Position numbers and translations under genes: made by a program. The notes beneath the pieces were generated by a model. The model ran no database searches and was not told where the DNA came from. It saw nothing but the letters and a program-made list of their open reading frames with translations. From Takakia lepidozioides (lineage: Eukaryota > Plantae > Bryophyta), in contig CM060734.1 in assembly GCA_030704615.1 (NCBI GenBank), positions 35,650,001-35,714,000 of the forward strand: 64,000 bases of DNA, in the 5' to 3' direction. Numbering within the stretch: the stretch's first letter is position 1; every line of letters begins with the position of its first letter. This document shows, in pieces, positions 1 through 12,780 of this stretch.

Positions 1-817
1 GAGGCTGAAGATGAGCACCGCCTTCCGACCTACGACCGACGGCCAAACGGAAAGAGTGAATTCCGTAGTGAAGCAGATCTTGCGGAATTACGTGTTGGCA
101 CACCAAACAGACTGGGTGGAACACTTAGACTTCTGTTATAATAACACAGAACACTCCGCAACGGGAGTTTCCCCTTTTGTATTGGTCTATGGAAAAGCAC
201 CTCTGGTGCCGACAAGTTGGGCCGCCCAGGACGTTGAGGAACCGGCAGTAGCGGCGGTACTGGAAGAACGCGAGCGTTTGTTGAAGTTCGCAAAGTACAA
301 CATTGCCAAAGCTAGGAAACGGTATGAAAGGCAGGCGAATCAGAAGCGGAGGGAAGTGAAGTTTGAGGCAGGCACGGAGGTCTGGTTGAACATCAAGAAT
401 TTTCGACTACCTCCGGAAGTGAGTCCAAAGTTCGTACCTCCGTATGCGGGACCCTTTCGCATCCGGAAGGTTATGAATGAGGATGTGTATGAATTGGAGC
501 TGCCGGCAAACAGCAAGGTGCATCCAGTATTCCACGTCTCCCTTTTGAAGCCTTACTTCAAAGATGAAGCGCGTCCGAATCGGCATCAAGTGTTGCATCC
601 GCTACCTGTGCTGTTGGATCATGAAAATGAACCTGAGTACGAGGTAGAGGCAGTACTTAAGTTGAGGAGGTTCAGGAACTGAGAAACAGAATATCTTGTC
701 AAATGGAAGGGCTATCATCATGTGGAGGCATCTTGGGTGTGTGCCTCAGAAATGGGAAATGCATCCGAGGCGGTTGCAGTTTTCGAAGGACGACCTCAAA
801 AGCGGAAGAAGCGTTGA
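1..817 (+). mobile_element. Ty3/Gypsy (chromovirus) integrase C-terminus with chromodomain, interrupted by a stop codon
   Basis: ORF 11-682 has integrase core end (TDGQTERVN), GPY/F region (PYAGPF, VHPVFHVSLLKPY) and chromodomain start (YEVEAVL). After TGA 680-682 the frame continues ETEYLVKWKGYHHVEASW...KRKKR* to 817. Confidence 0.93.
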
Positions 818-1483
818 TGGGACATCAACCTTAGAGCGTGGGGGAGGAAATGCATGCTTAGCCCGGCTTAGCTAGCTTAGGAATCCGATTGCAAAAAACT
901 TGTATTGTACAAAAATTTGTTATAAAGAAAATGGGTTCCAAATGTTGTGCGTCCTATTTTGTTTGGAATGGTGATGCATGGTGTGGTTGGCTAGTGTGTA
1001 GAATGCATGCTAGCTTACAAAAGTGGGAGAGGTAAATTGGGTTAATCGTGTGTTTGCGCAGTGCCGAAATCGGGTGACTCCCACCCAAGGGGCAAGGAAA
1101 CTTGCGCCTTCTTTAGGAATTCACGTGCTAGTGCGCACCTGGCGCGTGCGCATACTATAACTGCGCTACCGAGGGGGTTGCTTTGTAGTGCGGGCTAACA
1201 CGGAAGCTACGTGCTTCCGTTCACGTACTATAATCGTGTAGCCTCGGGACGAAGTCGTAGTGCGGCTTCGGCGTGTTCCCGTATCTCAGGCCAGCATTCC
1301 AAGGCGGACCCAATTGTAGTGATTGGGGCGCGCGATTGGTTCAAGGTTATCTTCCTAGTCAAAGAGGATTCGAGGTGAACCCTTGCTCAAGGTGATGCCA
1401 AAAGCGGCATCATGAGCGGTTGCAAGCAATGTTGTTGCAGTAAGGCGATTCGATCCTCGAGGAGGATCGTTCCTTGGCCTTGA

Positions 1484-2198
1484 TGTCGCGGCCCTTTGCC
1501 TTGAGGGCAGAGGGTCGGGACACATGAGGGGCTGCCCCTATGGTGGGGGCAGCGGCAGCGATAGGTATGGGGGGCTGAAGCACCCTTGAGTGCCCAAGGC
1601 ACTCAGAAAAGCGGAGGCGCTCACTAGATGGAGCCCCGCACACCGGGTTGCGGTGGGGGTGGCTCCACAAGGGGTGGTGGTAGCTTAGCGGGACTTAGTG
1701 GGGGTGGCATAGGACTCACCATGGGGGCGGAGACCTCGTGCGGGAGTCGTGGGGAGTCTTGGGACTCATCACGGTCCATAGGGGCCGTGGTGAGTGGGCC
1801 AAGACTCACCGCGACTCATCACCGGGAGTCGAGGGTTTTCGTGGTGGTTCGCCATAAAATGGCATGGCTGGTTGTGAAACCCCCGCGGACAGCTACAGAA
1901 GTATATATATATATAAGGGGAGTAGTGACCCCGAGAACGGTGCAAGCCCGTTGGTGACCAAAAACTAGTGAGTAAGCGAGCGAGCCGGAAAGCGACCAAA
2001 GAGTGGGGAGCTGTTCTGGACTGCCATCTATCAAAGGGAATTCTCCTAGTCCCAAATAGGTGGAGGGTTTAGTGGGAAGCGAAGGGGGACCGTTATGTCC
2101 CGGTGAGCAGCCGAAGCTTCAAGTTGGGAGTCAGGCGCGCGCATCAAAGCGAGTAACTATGACTTGAAGGGGAGCTTACCGAAGTGAGGTGCGCGACA
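1484..2198 (+). mobile_element. Solo LTR (715 bp) with 5-bp target-site duplication
   Basis: Termini TGTCGCG...CGCGACA; CTTGA on both sides (1479-1483, 2199-2203); highly similar to 2444-3170. Confidence 0.9.
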
Positions 2199-2443
2199 CT
2201 TGAAGTAGGCCAAGAAGAGTGCACTGGGAGGAGCTTGAGAGGCTCCACCCTTGGCCGGGACTTGGAGGAAGTCGGCCGAACTAGCTAGTGGAGAGTAGAG
2301 TCAAGTGTGGGGTTTGGTTCTTTGTCATGGGACGCCATGGTACGGAAACAAACTCCTTGATGTGGAATGCCACAACTTGGATGTTCGTTTCCACAAAATG
2401 GACAAGTCGATGAGGACATCGACTCCCTGTTGGTAGGGGTGTG

Positions 2444-3170
2444 TGTCGCGGCTCTTTGCCTTTAGAGCAGGGGGTCGGGACACAAGAGGGGCTACCCCTG
2501 TGGTGGGGGCAGTGGCAGCAATAGGTATGGGGGGGGCTGAAGCACCCTTGAGTGCCCAAGGCACTCAAGGAGGCGGAGGCGCTCACTAGGTGAAGCCCCG
2601 CACATCGGATTGCGGTGGGGGTGGCTCCACAAGGGGTGGTGGTAGCTTAGCGGGACTTAGTGGGGGTAGCATAGGACTCACCCTGGGGCGGAGACCTCGT
2701 GGTGGGAGTCGTGGGGAGTCTTGGGACTCATCACGGTCCATATGGGCCGTGGTGGGTGGGCCAAGACTCATCGCGACTCATCACCGGGAGTCGAGGGTGT
2801 TCGTGGTGGTTCGCCATAAAATGGCATGGTTGTTTGTGAAACCCCCGTGGACAGCTACAGAAGTATATATAGGGAGTAGTAACCCCGAGCACGGTGCAAG
2901 CCCGTTGGTGACCAAAAACTAGTGAGTAAGCGAGCGAGCCGGAAAACGACCAAAGAGTAGGGAGCTGTTCCGGACTGCCAACTACCAAAGGGAATTCCGC
3001 TGGTTCCAAATCGTTGGAGGGTTCTTTGGGAGATCAAAGGGGGGACTGTTATGCCCCGGTGAGCAGCCGAAGCTCCAAGTTGGCCTGGCGGCCAGGTGGG
3101 GAGTTAGGCCCGCGCATCAAGCGAGTAACTATGACTTAGGGGGGAGCTTACCGAAGTGAGGTACGCGACA
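2444..3170 (+). mobile_element. Probable 3' LTR of the chromovirus whose integrase is at 1-817
   Basis: TGTCGCG...CGCGACA termini, preceded by a PPT-like GGTAGGGG tract, with no local TSD. Confidence 0.8.
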
Positions 3171-3649
3171 TGCAACCTATCAATGCAAATTAAACCTCAA
3201 TCCTCGTTATTGCAAGACACATCACCTAGTACCCATCCGCTTCAAGCACTACACCTGATTTCCTAATGCTTTAATCTACAAATACAGGCTCACAAGTGAG
3301 AGGGGAGCAAGGGGGGTGGGGATTTGACAATGTGCAGGTACGGCCATCCCTGGTGACCGTACCGGCAAGGCTCCCACTCTAGCATTCAACTCGTCGGTTA
3401 AGCGTAGTATGCTCCAATAATAATAATACCCAATTCAGAATAAATAAAATGTAAAGCCGTGTCCACTGTCTATGTCACCACGGATTCCAGAATGACGCTA
3501 CGCAATGGAATAGTGCCAAGTGTCGGAATGCAGGGCCGAGCAGCCCTATCCTGTTTGGAAGCAGGGTGGGAGCGCTCTCGCTGCCTCGCTCTCGCTAGTG
3601 CCGACTGTGGACCACGATTCACACCCACTCGGGCCCAACACATCCCGCT

Positions 3650-4385
3650 ATGGCGTCCGTCGCTGGGCAGCATTTCACTATGTCGTGCAAGACAAATGCT
3701 GCGGTGTCCAGCCTGCAGAGGCCGCACCAACGGCAACAACAATGTAGAGCGATGGCCGCTGCCTGCCCTGGAGGTCAGTTGCTACTGCACATTGAGGTTT
3801 CCCTTTGTGGCTGAAATATGTGTGATAGTAATTCTGCCAATTTGAGAGGAGAGGGAGAGAGAGAGAGAGAGAGAGAGAGTACTCAATAAACCTTGCGATT
3901 CATTTGCAGGGCGGGCATCGTTGTGCGGCAGTGGAATTACTAACAGTGCACAATCATGGTTTGCTGGGGATGTAAGGGAGCTAACAGCAGCGGTCCAGTT
4001 CACTGCCCCAGCAGTGGGCAACCGCAGGCCAACAGTGGTGATGGCAAAGCCCACCATTCAGTTCATAAGAGGGATCGATGAACAGACTGTTCCTGATGTA
4101 AAGCTTACGCGGTCCAGGGATGGGACCAATGGTGTAGCGACGTTCGTGTTTGACCAACCGTCAGTGTTTGATTCCTCGAGGGAGCTAGGAGATATCACCG
4201 GCCTCTACATGCTTGATGAGGAGGGTGTATTGTCATCTGTTGACGTAAGCGCCAAATTCCTTAATGGGAAACCGGCAAAGATTGAGGCCCGCTATGTGAT
4301 GCGGAGTGGGAGGGATTGGGATCGGTTTATGCGGTTCATGGAGCGGTACGCTAATGAGAATGACCTTGGTTTCGTCAAGAAATGA
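3650..4385 (+). CDS. PSB28: Photosystem II assembly factor Psb28, chloroplast precursor; join(3650..3773,3910..4385)
   Basis: Mature domain [32 protein letters not shown]...[12 protein letters not shown]. Phase-1 GT-AG intron 3774-3909 restores an in-frame Ser/Ala-rich transit peptide ([10 protein letters not shown]...). Confidence 0.95.
3844..3879. repeat. (GA)n microsatellite in the psb28 intron
   Basis: Direct read. Confidence 0.9.
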
Positions 4386-6085
4386 CAGTGATTGTCACAT
4401 TGTCACGAACAGTAATCTAACATTGTTCAGTAGTGGAGCCACATAGTTTCACTCGAGCTTAGGGTTAACTCTCTGCGATGTATCAGTTGCTTATGTGAGT
4501 CAAGGTTTCCTATTGCAGACAGTAACTGAAGGTAGGAGCATTACTGACATTGAATTGCTTTGGGACATTGCCTTAAGGCGCAGAGTTTCCCAGCCATCCA
4601 TCCATCAAGTTCATTGATCACTTGTGTTTTAAGCATACTCCTCTGAAGAGTTAGTCCTGTGCAAGCATTCGGAGGATCCCAATGATTTTGCTTAGGCTGT
4701 TGAAGCAAGCAGCTCCATCATGACATCATGTAATTCTTTACAGTAACCAAGCTTACAAGCTGGTTACTGTGATTCAGTCCCGGCTTCTATTGGTCATCCT
4801 TGTTTGGAACGGTGAAGAAATCTACCTCCGCTGAGAGGAGGGGTCGTCATACATCTGTTCAAGAGGGGACAGAAGGAAAACTGGTGACTGTGGTATCATA
4901 CTGGAAATATACCGTTGTTACAGATCTGTAGGAGATCTGGGATAAGTCAAGGACGTTTGGTTCATAATGGGGGATGAGTTGATCACCTTTGTTCCTCAGC
5001 CTGTGTGGATCCTTTGATTTACAAGTCTGGACCTCAATGTTGGCAAGACCACTATTACAGGTTAACAGCAGAGGCGAACTTGACTGCAGCATCAGCGGCT
5101 ATGGGAGGGGAAGCCTACCTCCTTACATCCTGGGAATGAAATCCTCCAAGAATTGCAGCTGAATTATTGAAAATATGTTAGGGTCAGCTGGCTAGTGTCT
5201 TTTTCACTGCTTGGCTTTGCCTGGATAGTGCAGTGGTCAATGTTGCTATGGGTTTGTAGATTAGCCTCAGAGGATGGGTCTAATGTCTGGGAGGGAAAAT
5301 ACAGCACATGGATCCCTTAAGTTGAGGTGATTCTACCAATTGCATACACTGGGAAAAGTGAGACTCAATTTGTCTTGTCTATCACCTGGGATCAAGACCA
5401 AACATTGAAAAGTTCTGAATCTGTGAACAACTAATTGAGAGGCCAGTGGAGCAAACTCAGGCCAAGACTAGAAGTTCACAGAGGACATGCGGCCTAGGCA
5501 TAGATGAGCTCTGCCAAGCATTTTTATTCCAGAGGACTGGTCTTTTACATTCTTCGAAGGCATTAACCGGCATCCACCTCTCATATGGGAACCCATATGT
5601 TCTGAAACCTCTTCAAAATATTGGCGGCATCAGACAGAATGTCATTGCGCCTCTTTTCCCTTATTCAGTTCCTCTCAACAAGCCCGTATTCAAGTCAGCC
5701 CTTACAAGTCAACCCTCATTGCAGGGTGTGAACTCTGATGTAAATACTAATACTAAATCGATGCTAGAGTTAAGAGCTGACTTACGAGCTTTCTGAAGCA
5801 CAGGGGGAACAGTTTTATGTATTGTCTAAGTCCACCATGCATTGGCCTACTCACATGCGATGAGCAATATGATGAGCTTGTGATGTCTACCTTAAGTATG
5901 AAGTGTTCAAATCTTCTGTGGAGCTCTTCAAGGAGAATAAATCGCATGTCTGGGCTTCTGTCAATGTGAGAGCAAGTATAAAAGAGCATCCACATACATC
6001 GATGGTACTGTGTCATGCCTGTAGTGTCCCCGCAATATGGTCTTCATCGCATAATAATCTTTCAATGTGTTCCCACTAAAACTCA

Positions 6086-8764
6086 TCACAGCTTGTACAG
6101 ATGGAGAGGCAATCTAGGTGTGGCTGATACAATCAGCCGATTTGCTTTGCCACACACGACCCCAAACGATTCGACCAAGTCAATATCGTGAGGGATTTGA
6201 TCCAGGCCTGGTGCCCAGTCGAACCCTTGCACCAGAGAAGCCAGTGCAAATTGCACTAACAGAAGTCCAAGATTTTCCCCTGGGCAACCCCGGATGCCGT
6301 AGCCAAATGGAAGAAACTGGAAGTTGTCATCAAGAATGCTCAGATCCAACTTCATGAATCGTTCAGGGTTGAACTGCAGTGGATCTTGCCAAGTGTCTGG
6401 GTCACGGCCAATGGCCCCATAGTTCAGAACCACTGTAGTCATTCCAGGGATCCTGTAGTTTGTGAGAGGGGCTGGAACAAGGTTCATGTGAGGGAGTGAT
6501 AGTGGCATAGCAGGATGAAGACGTAATGTTTCCTTCACAACAGCCTGCATTCAAGGGAACTCCACATATTACGAAAGAAAATAAGTCACATGTCTATACC
6601 TGCCATCTTCTATACCTCAGTTGTGGCTGTCTCCAGTGGGCATTAACTGGCAACCATCACCTTGAACAAAAACAGTAAAGCCCTGGCATGGTGTGGGCAC
6701 TACACATTCAGTTGCCATTTTACCATTTTAAAGATGCAGGTTGTCCTAGATTACACTAGCAAACAGTCTTGTTGCAAGGGAGAATTGACAAATGCAGGAC
6801 ATGATCACTGTGAATTGAACTGACACTCTCTATCTGTATTGGATTACAGGTAGTGGGGGTTATTAACAATGCTCCAGTACAAAACACAGGCACAAGTTGA
6901 TTTGCCTTGAAAGTGCAGGAACTGAGAAGAAAGGGCACACACCTGGAGATACGGAAGATTTACCAGGTCTGTCTCCTCCACAAGGCAATCTCGTCCCACT
7001 ACTTCATCCATTTCACATTGAACTCTTTCTAACATTGGTGGATTGCGAACAAGCTCGGCAAGTGCCCACTCTATAGTACAGCTGGATGTGTCAATTCCTC
7101 CTACCATCATATCCTGTTGCACCATCACACAGCTTAAGTTAACAAGAATCAAGGAGCATTGCCATTGGCTCGAACTTCGTTGCAGATCATGTCCACAATT
7201 AATGTGAGTGGAACAACATATTTTGTTGAATCTGAAAAGCTTTAAGAATACCACATTATAATGACACGTGGGCACTGGGTTCAAGCTGAAGGACACCGGT
7301 TAAAAGAGGAGAGAGTGTGCAATAGGGCTTACCAAGAGAATGCCCATAATAGCATTGTCAGAAAGTTTGTCTTCATCTTTAAAAGATAATAGCAAATCTA
7401 TGAGGTCTTCCGTGTTTTGACCTTCGCCCCGAATATAGCCTGGCGTGGGTTCCTGTGGTTGCTGCTTGTGCTTCTCAATTACAAGTCCTAAGAACTTCAC
7501 TAATTGAGATTGCAGTCTCTTCATTTTGCGATTTTTGCCTTGCAGATCCAGCCACTTCAGCGCTGGAATCAGGTCCCCCATACCGATGTTTCCAGCAACC
7601 TCCATGACTTCCTGTACTAAGCTCTCAAAGGAGTCATGCTTGAATGTGATGCTTGTTTGTGATACCTCGCGGTGCGCATCGCCCATAAGCATTTGACATA
7701 TGATGTTCCTAGTGAGATCAGTTACCACGTTGCGAACACCAATCATCTTTCCTCTATGTGAACTCTTGCAAACATATTTTATCATCTTCACAATCTCTTT
7801 GCACCGAAATCCACTATACTTGCTAAGCCTTGAGAGAGGCAGGAGCTGCGTTGCACAAAGTTTTCGAAGATGTCGGTGATGCTTGCCAGATGAGAACCCA
7901 ATGTTGTTGAAATCAAATCCAAGATATTTACCAACCGGACAGCGGGGTCGGTAGTAAAAGTCAGAATCCCGTACCAGGAGTACCTGCCACAATTTCACGC
8001 CATTAGCACGGATGCCTTTGAAGACCGATATAGATGGATGGTGCAAGCATCGTGAATATTGACCAGGTTTTATACAGAAAATTCTTTATGTCCAATCATT
8101 TTTCCAAGAAGGCAAAGGAAAAGCGACACATGGAAAGTACTAGTTTGCACTTCGCTTGTCGAGACCCCGTGGACAAGCAGCCCACGCCCCGCTTGGATGG
8201 GGCAGAAAGGGGAAGCACATGATAAGCGCGGCCCATACAATGAGAGAGGGGCAAAACGCGATCATGTCCTAAACAAGATTCTCTTGGAAGACAAGACAGA
8301 TGGAGACAACAGAGAGGAACCGAATGCAAATTGCCTTGTATGCTAAAAGGAACCAAATCAAACATGCACTTTCTCGCAATTTCTCCCGTAGTTATACAAT
8401 TGACAACGAAAGCTCATACCTCTTTGGCCATCTCCGCATTCGAGATGATCACATACGACTCCGATGCCAGCTGCACGAAGGTGAGTGGCCCATGGTCCCT
8501 AGCAAAGCTTTCAAACTTCCCGCCGAGAGAGATTCCTCTCTGCATTATAAGCTGTGGTATGGAACCTAATGTGGGCCATTGGAACGGCCCTGGAGGTAAC
8601 TGTGCGAGGCGTTCAGCCCTGTACTTATAAAGCTCGTAGATCGTCACCACGAAGAAGGTCACACCAGCTAGTAAATATACAATCCTCCCCGCGCCTGCAC
8701 TGTCAAGACTTCGGGACTGAATCCGCCATAGCTGTGCTTCCACCCAATTCCGCACAGAGATCAT
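6086..8764 (-). CDS. Cytochrome P450, CYP71 clan; exons 8764-8420, 7983-7333, 7113-6943, 6544-6086 (~541 aa)
   Basis: N-terminal TM helix, LPPGP hinge, I-helix GGIDTSS, KETLR (ExxR), PERF and heme motif PFGYGIRGCPG. All three introns are GT-AG and phase 0. Confidence 0.93.
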
Positions 8765-10771
8765 TTCGTCAAATATACCTACTTCAAATCGTGTCTGTTC
8801 CAATGTGCGCCTTCCTCCCTGTCATCCCACTGCTCCATATAAACTGCATCCAAGGTCTGCGTCGCAGGATCTTCTTCTACTCTCTCCACCAACATATATA
8901 GCCTTACCTATGAGTACAGCGTGCGAATCTCCCCCTCTCTTGCGCTGCCGTTTGTTCTTCTCTCCGCTAAAATAAGCAGCGCTTCCTTGACTTTTGTGGT
9001 TTCTCGAAAGGTGACGGGGAGGGCACCGGTATGAACTGAAATCTCGATGAAGTTTATCAGTATTCCACATCTTATCTTGTCAAAAAAGAGTGTCGGTCCA
9101 GCGCTCGTGGAGACTGCGAGTGAGTGGGGCTTATTAGCGAAGAAGTACTGCACCAAATGTAGCACTTTTCAGCTTCCAGGGCTCCATATCGTTACTCTAC
9201 GTCTTCAATACTGCGAGGGCCGAGAGCCCCAACACCTGGAAGGCGTTCAAGTGCATTTGGTGAAGATGATGATCCAACACAAAGAGCATACATATTAACT
9301 CGACTACACGGAGAGAGTGCATTATAAGTGTGTTTACAGTGGCATGGCTGCTTGTAAGAATATGCCCAACATCAGGCAAGTTGAGTATCCATCTCGTGAA
9401 AGTAGAGCGCGTACTGTGTAATTCTTCACGTTAGACCTGTGAAGTTGATGAGACTCCAACTGATTTGCATATGCAATGTTATGGTCGGGGTCCTCCTGGA
9501 CACAACCCGAGACGACAACATCCATGAAGAAAGAAAGAGGAACATGAAACCAATGTGCGGAAAGGCTGGAGAATGACGCCCCCAACGTATAGATAGATAA
9601 AATGGACATGGAAACGCACTGGCCTATCATAGGTGTTCCATGAGAACATGCGCCAACGGGATTGATCTGCAAAATGAGCTGCTACAGGAGCTACTCTAGG
9701 GTCCGATCTAAAAGGTGGATCTAAGAAGAAGGAAGAAAAAAAGACAAAATTTATTCCGGCAGCATAATAGGGCCCACACCAAAAAGAACCAATGCCTAAG
9801 AGCATCAGAAACTAGCTGAGCGTAATCATGCGGTGGCTATCCACCACTGTGATGACAAGACAGAAGACAAGGGAATAGGCTTGTGAGGACCCCGTAGGAC
9901 AAATTTTCCAGGCCTTTCCAAAAAGAAAAATGAGGCAGCAGAGAAAAGGAAGTCGCCAAGGGACTTCGAACTTGAAGCAACCAACACTAGGTATCGACAA
10001 GCGTCATGATACAATGGCACTCGGCTCGCCGCTTACAACATGTTAGGTTTATCGATTTGGAACAAAAAAAACTCAAAAATCGAGATTCCTAGTTTCTACC
10101 GACTAGAAAACCTGGGAAGCTTTTGTGTCTCATCGGTGGCGATTCTACATATTGTACCGAAGTCGTTGCAATCGCATCAGCTCTTCCAGGAGGAAAGTAG
10201 AGCTGAAGACACAAATCTCTCCGCCAACTATCCTTGGAAGCCTTTGAGCAGAAACGCTCACACCAACCTGCAAATCAAGTATGTAATGAGTGCCTCTAGA
10301 ACGCTGCAGTGCTACCAACTTGGTTGCAGACGAAGCTAGACATGAAGATGGCACTGTAGGTACCAATCAAACAGACATGATTTAAAGCACAAACGACTGC
10401 CTAATCGGATTTAGCAAACCGATCGAGAGAGACAATGTATAAAATGTTATGGTCTCTGACAGCCGCACTGCCAAATTAGAGGTCAGCAATCTTGAGCTTA
10501 ACACTTGCTGCTTCCTTCGGACCGAAAAATTGTCCCTGCAGTCAAAATGATCCAGCGTGACTTCTAAGAAGCGCTAATGATCTCATATTGTAGAAGACAA
10601 ACAAGCAGCAGTAAGCCACTGCCAACAAGGCTCGTTTCACCGTGTCAGACATTCACAGGTAAAAAGGTGTCCGGGTAGCAAAGCTCCTTCGTAGCCAGTT
10701 GATACGCCCGTACTCTTCAAGCACGAAGCAATGCATTTACCTTGCAATCAATGATTCATTCCGTTTCATGA

Positions 10772-11506
10772 TCAGTGGCCCTCAACTGCCGCAGACTCGG
10801 ATGTGCCACTAGAATTGAGCTCTGAAGACATCTGTTCTGCAGCAGCTTTGAGAGAGGAATTGGACGCCTGATCGCCCTCGGTCTTCGAGCCACATAGTTG
10901 AGTAAACCAGCTCAATATGGAAGAAAATGCGTTGTTAGTCGCCTGCAGTCACGAAGATAAAAAGCTCTCAGAGACTTCTGACACCTTTTGAAAGTAGAAC
11001 TTTACAGAGAGATTCGGCAATGCGATCTACATTGGATGGAAGACCTCTAACAAACTGAAGCATTTCCCGACGCTCACTTTTTTCTTTCCTTCTCAGGTGA
11101 GGAGGGCTTCAAATATTTATGTGTTCCTCATGATAATTTCGCCACAACTAACTGGTTGCTTGGGGAGACAAACTGCATATTAACAACTGACCGTGGAATC
11201 ACCGGTCTCGTTTGTCGAAGTGCCACTCAAAGCGCCTAAGTTCACAGCTTTAGAAAGCGTGTCTTTCAAGCTGGAACCTTGGGAACCGCTCGAATCAGTA
11301 GCGTGCTCCGCGTAGTCCTGAACCTTCTGCACCACGCTAGCGATATATTCCTTCGAGGAATCCGCGGCATGAGTGCTTGTCTCCAACACAATGTGTGCCA
11401 CATTCTGGATGAAGGAGATATTTTCATCGCCAGAAGATGTTTCCAAAACTTGCTTGGCAGACTCTTGCATGTTTGAAGCTACCTCATCAAGATTCTCAGT
11501 CGCCAT
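10772..11506 (-). CDS. Hypothetical Ser/Ala/acidic-rich protein, exons 11506-11192 and 10942-10772 (161 aa)
   Basis: ATG in AACAATGG context; GT-AG intron joins MATENLDEVASN...GDST to ATNNAFSS...VEGH* in frame; no recognised domain. Confidence 0.6.
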
Positions 11507-12780
11507 TGTTCCAGGTCCCAAGAAAAGAACAGGTTTCAACAAAGCTCAGGTCGCAGATACTTATATCTAATCCTTGGGACAAGAATGGAAGCCAAGAGGC
11601 CAAAATAAGAATCTGTTGCCAGTCAAACGGTCTACTATTTCAATCTCTCTCTCTCTCTCCCTCTACCTCTCTCTTCCCAACGCCTTTTACTTGTGGAGAG
11701 TCTTTGCAGAAAACAGGAGAAAATGAGACTGGAATCTCCCGTGAGACAATTTTCCTATATGAATCTTTCTTTTCTCTACGAAACCTTCGCAGCTGATTCC
11801 TGCAGCAGAGAAGCCCTCTACACCAAGCGGCCAAGCGAAACATTAACCAATCGTCTCTAGTAGAAACCTCCTCTGAATCCCCCTCGACTCTCTTCCCCAG
11901 CGAAATGCCAGCGGGCCAAAGAAAGCAGAGCGAGCACATGTGAGCTTAGACAAACAGACCGGGCAACGTCTTGCACCTACGTCTTACCCTCGAATCCGAG
12001 CTGTCCTCATCCCATTGCCTCAGCAGTTCGCGCAGGCCCTCACCTCCCAACTAAAACCTGCCATGTGGAGAATACCTTCACACTCGAAGATGATGTCGGC
12101 AGTCAGCGAGATGCACATGCGCGCAACAGTTGATGGACGCAGGTTTGTGGGGCCGCAAGGCGAGTCTACACGTAAAGACACCTGTATTTGGCGCTGCACA
12201 CTGCCCGCTTTATGGAGCCTTGTGCTCTACTGCAGATCCGCCCGCCTTCTTGGCCTCCATAAACTTTCCCCTCTTCATTCTCTCGAAGTGCAATCCGGAG
12301 GATCCTCCCCTACTAGCTCGTTAGAGAATGGATTTTTGCGTATTCCAATGCGATTGTTGTGATGATCGGCGACGGAAATGATTGGGTGTGGAGTGTGGAG
12401 GTGGGTCTAAGACCAAATAGTGGCGGCGATGTTGAGTACGGTGCAAGATGACTGCCTCTGTGGGGTCCTTGAATGATACGTTGCATACGACTTTTGGCAA
12501 GTTCGGTCATCATCTTTTGGAGGACTCGTATGCCTTTATGCGTCACAGCCTGTAAGATCCCCTTCCACTATGTATGTACCTATTCGGAGAGCCAGATGAG
12601 ATTCTACCCTGGAATCGTTCATAGCTGAGAATATATAGAATAGATGATTGATTGCAAGGCACTAACTTTCAACCTATGAGTTATGGGTGCTTCGGCAATA
12701 TGGTCACATTTGTTTTTCAACTTATGATCCACAAATTGATTTATGATTAAATTGCTTTGGCAGGTATGGATGTATGCATA

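Noticed and set aside
1387-3037. Duplicated Gly/Pro-rich short ORFs
   Set aside because: Chance frames inside GC-rich LTR copies.
4550-5800. Possible decayed coding sequence between psb28 and the P450
   Set aside because: No recognisable motifs in any frame.
9050-10050. Possible degenerate TE coding remnant
   Set aside because: All frames are stop-riddled with no diagnostic motif.
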